Positions 48,145 to 49,550 of a DNA stretch of 49,550 nucleotides are shown piece after piece. Position numbers and translations under genes: made by a program. Every line of letters begins with the position of its first letter. Positions within the stretch are counted from its first letter, which is position 1. The notes under the pieces are model-generated. The model was given only the letters and a program-made list of their open reading frames with translations. It was not told the origin of the DNA and did not search any database. Source of the DNA: an uncultured Rhodobacterales bacterium (GTDB lineage Bacteria; Pseudomonadota; Alphaproteobacteria; Rhodobacterales; Rhodobacteraceae); the NCBI GenBank assembly GCA_964590545.1, contig CAZPXE010000001.1, positions 1 to 49,550 of the forward strand, given 5' to 3'.

Positions 48145-49550
48145 TCAGATGTCGGGCAGAATGCGACGCAGGATGTAAAGCGCGCCACTGGGCGTCAGGT
48201 GCCCTGCATCCCAGGCCAACGGTTCAAATGTGATGTCGTCTGTTGCGATCACGGCATCACAATAACTATCAAGATCACAAATCTGCGGTAGGATTGGAAT
48301 GAAGGTGACCCCATGTTGGTCGGCAATTTGGCGCAGCACAGTGTCCGCGGCCAACACATCACCAATATCGGCCTTGATCCTGTGTTCTTGATCCAGGGTC
48401 AGGTCGAGCGAGATAAGCCGCTTGGGCAAAGTTGGTGAAAACTGCGGAGAACCACCGATAATTGTGATCCTGGTTACTCCGGCTGCGCGCAACTGCTGCA
48501 CAGTGACGTTGAGGTTGTCCAAGTACTTGTCAAATCCCCACCAAATACCGTGCAATACAACATGCGGATCGTCGAGTTCAGATATTTCAGCAAAGGTTGC
48601 ATCATTGATCGCTTTGCAGTTCGGCCGTTCCGGCATGTCGACACCAAGAAGAGGAGGGCAGGCGGAGGCTGTACGCTGTCCAATACCCGGATCCATAATG
48701 CGCCATCCACTTGTGAGCGCTGCTGCATAACTATCGCCCCAAATCACCGTTTCCCCAGTGCCCAGGCAGCCTTCGTCGAATTGGGTATGATTGAGGTTGG
48801 CCATCATGAAGCATCGGCCTCTCTGGTAGGCTTGGTCGCGGTCAAATCTCTCCCATGCCAGGATATTTTGTTGCTCAGGGGTAAGCCGATCAGGGAAGCC
48901 GTCTTGTGACTGAATAAACCACCCCGTCATGCCAAATGCCAAAAGGCCAACAAGGCTTGCAGAAAACACTTGGTTCCGGCGGGGCAACACCGAGGCCGCT
49001 CCTTTGCGGAAGGGCTGTTCGATGTAGCGCCAGCTGAACCACGCCAACAGGAGCGAAACGACCCCAAGTCCCAGCAATACGGCCGTACCAGACTGTTCGT
49101 AAGAACGAATTCGGGCAAAGGCAAAAAGGGGCTGGTGCCACAAATATGCGCTGTAACTGATCAGACCGATCCCGATGAAGCCGCGGGTACTCAACAATTT
49201 GGCCACCCAGGTCGTCCGATCGGCAAAAAGGATAATCAGAACTGTGCCACCCACTGGAGCCAGTGCATACAGACTTGGGAAGGGCGTGAATTTGTCGAAT
49301 GCAAGAATGGCGTAGACAATCCCAGCGAGACCCAGCGCCGCCAGCAGATTGTTGCCCTTAACCCCGTGGCGGGACACAAGGAACGCCGCAATGGATCCAG
49401 CCAACAATTCCCAAGCACGGGTCGGCGCAAGATAGAAATTTGCAGAAGGGTAATTGCGCCATCCCCATTCGGACAAAACGAGGCTGATTGCGGCGATGAC
49501 GCAGATGCTCCAAAAAACGGGGTTTCGGCCAAACCGCCACATCAACAGCA
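48145..49550 (-). CDS. 3' part of the AT3-SGNH fusion acyltransferase whose start is at 641
   Basis: FYLAPTRAWELL, IGLISYSAYLWHQP, YIEQPFR (AT3 C-terminal half), then WGDSYA..SACPP..DAGHLT (fused SGNH). Confidence 0.9.
   Translation of the reverse strand, partial: LLMWRFGRNPVFWSICVIAAISLVLSEWGWRNYPSANFYLAPTRAWELLAGSIAAFLVSRHGVKGNNLLAALGLAGIVYAILAFDKFTPFPSLYALAPVGGTVLIILFADRTTWVAKLLSTRGFIGIGLISYSAYLWHQPLFAFARIRSYEQSGTAVLLGLGVVSLLLAWFSWRYIEQPFRKGAASVLPRRNQVFSASLVGLLAFGMTGWFIQSQDGFPDRLTPEQQNILAWERFDRDQAYQRGRCFMMANLNHTQFDEGCLGTGETVIWGDSYAAALTSGWRIMDPGIGQRTASACPPLLGVDMPERPNCKAINDATFAEISELDDPHVVLHGIWWGFDKYLDNLNVTVQQLRAAGVTRITIIGGSPQFSPTLPKRLISLDLTLDQEHRIKADIGDVLAADTVLRQIADQHGVTFIPILPQICDLDSYCDAVIATDDITFEPLAWDAGHLTPSGALYILRRILPDI
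49370..49550 (+). repeat. Terminal direct repeat (copy of 1..181)
   Basis: Direct sequence comparison, 178 of 181 identical. Confidence 0.95.

Overview
The window looks like a complete circular replicon of about 49,369 bp: bases 1-181 repeat at 49370-49550, and an acyltransferase ORF reads in frame across the join. Gene content points to a Rhodobacterales/roseobacter host. It has a RepA-type (RPA family) replication module with parB-parA, iterons, a DnaA box, a candidate parS and a XerC/D dif-like site. Almost all other genes are cell-surface genes: a Wzx/Wzy-type polysaccharide set (about 10 glycosyltransferases, 2 sulfotransferases, a methyltransferase, a 2OG-Fe(II) oxygenase, 3 O-acylation systems), exosortase XrtD, and two VPLPA-CTERM substrates that each have a CtrA box upstream. 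The most notable element is a translationally coupled 3-gene operon at 19056-25050. It starts with a homolog of the gene transfer agent (GTA) head-spike base protein (Rcc01079/GhsA family), followed by a head-fibre-like Ig/LamG protein and a large G8/beta-helix/acetylesterase protein. A second plasmid protein has the same two catalytic modules in reversed order. I infer a 'lock-and-key' plasmid that encodes both a capsule and a matching GTA spike with capsule-processing enzymes. No conjugation, relaxase, toxin-antitoxin or IS genes were recognised. All family calls come from motifs read by eye; no database searches were run.
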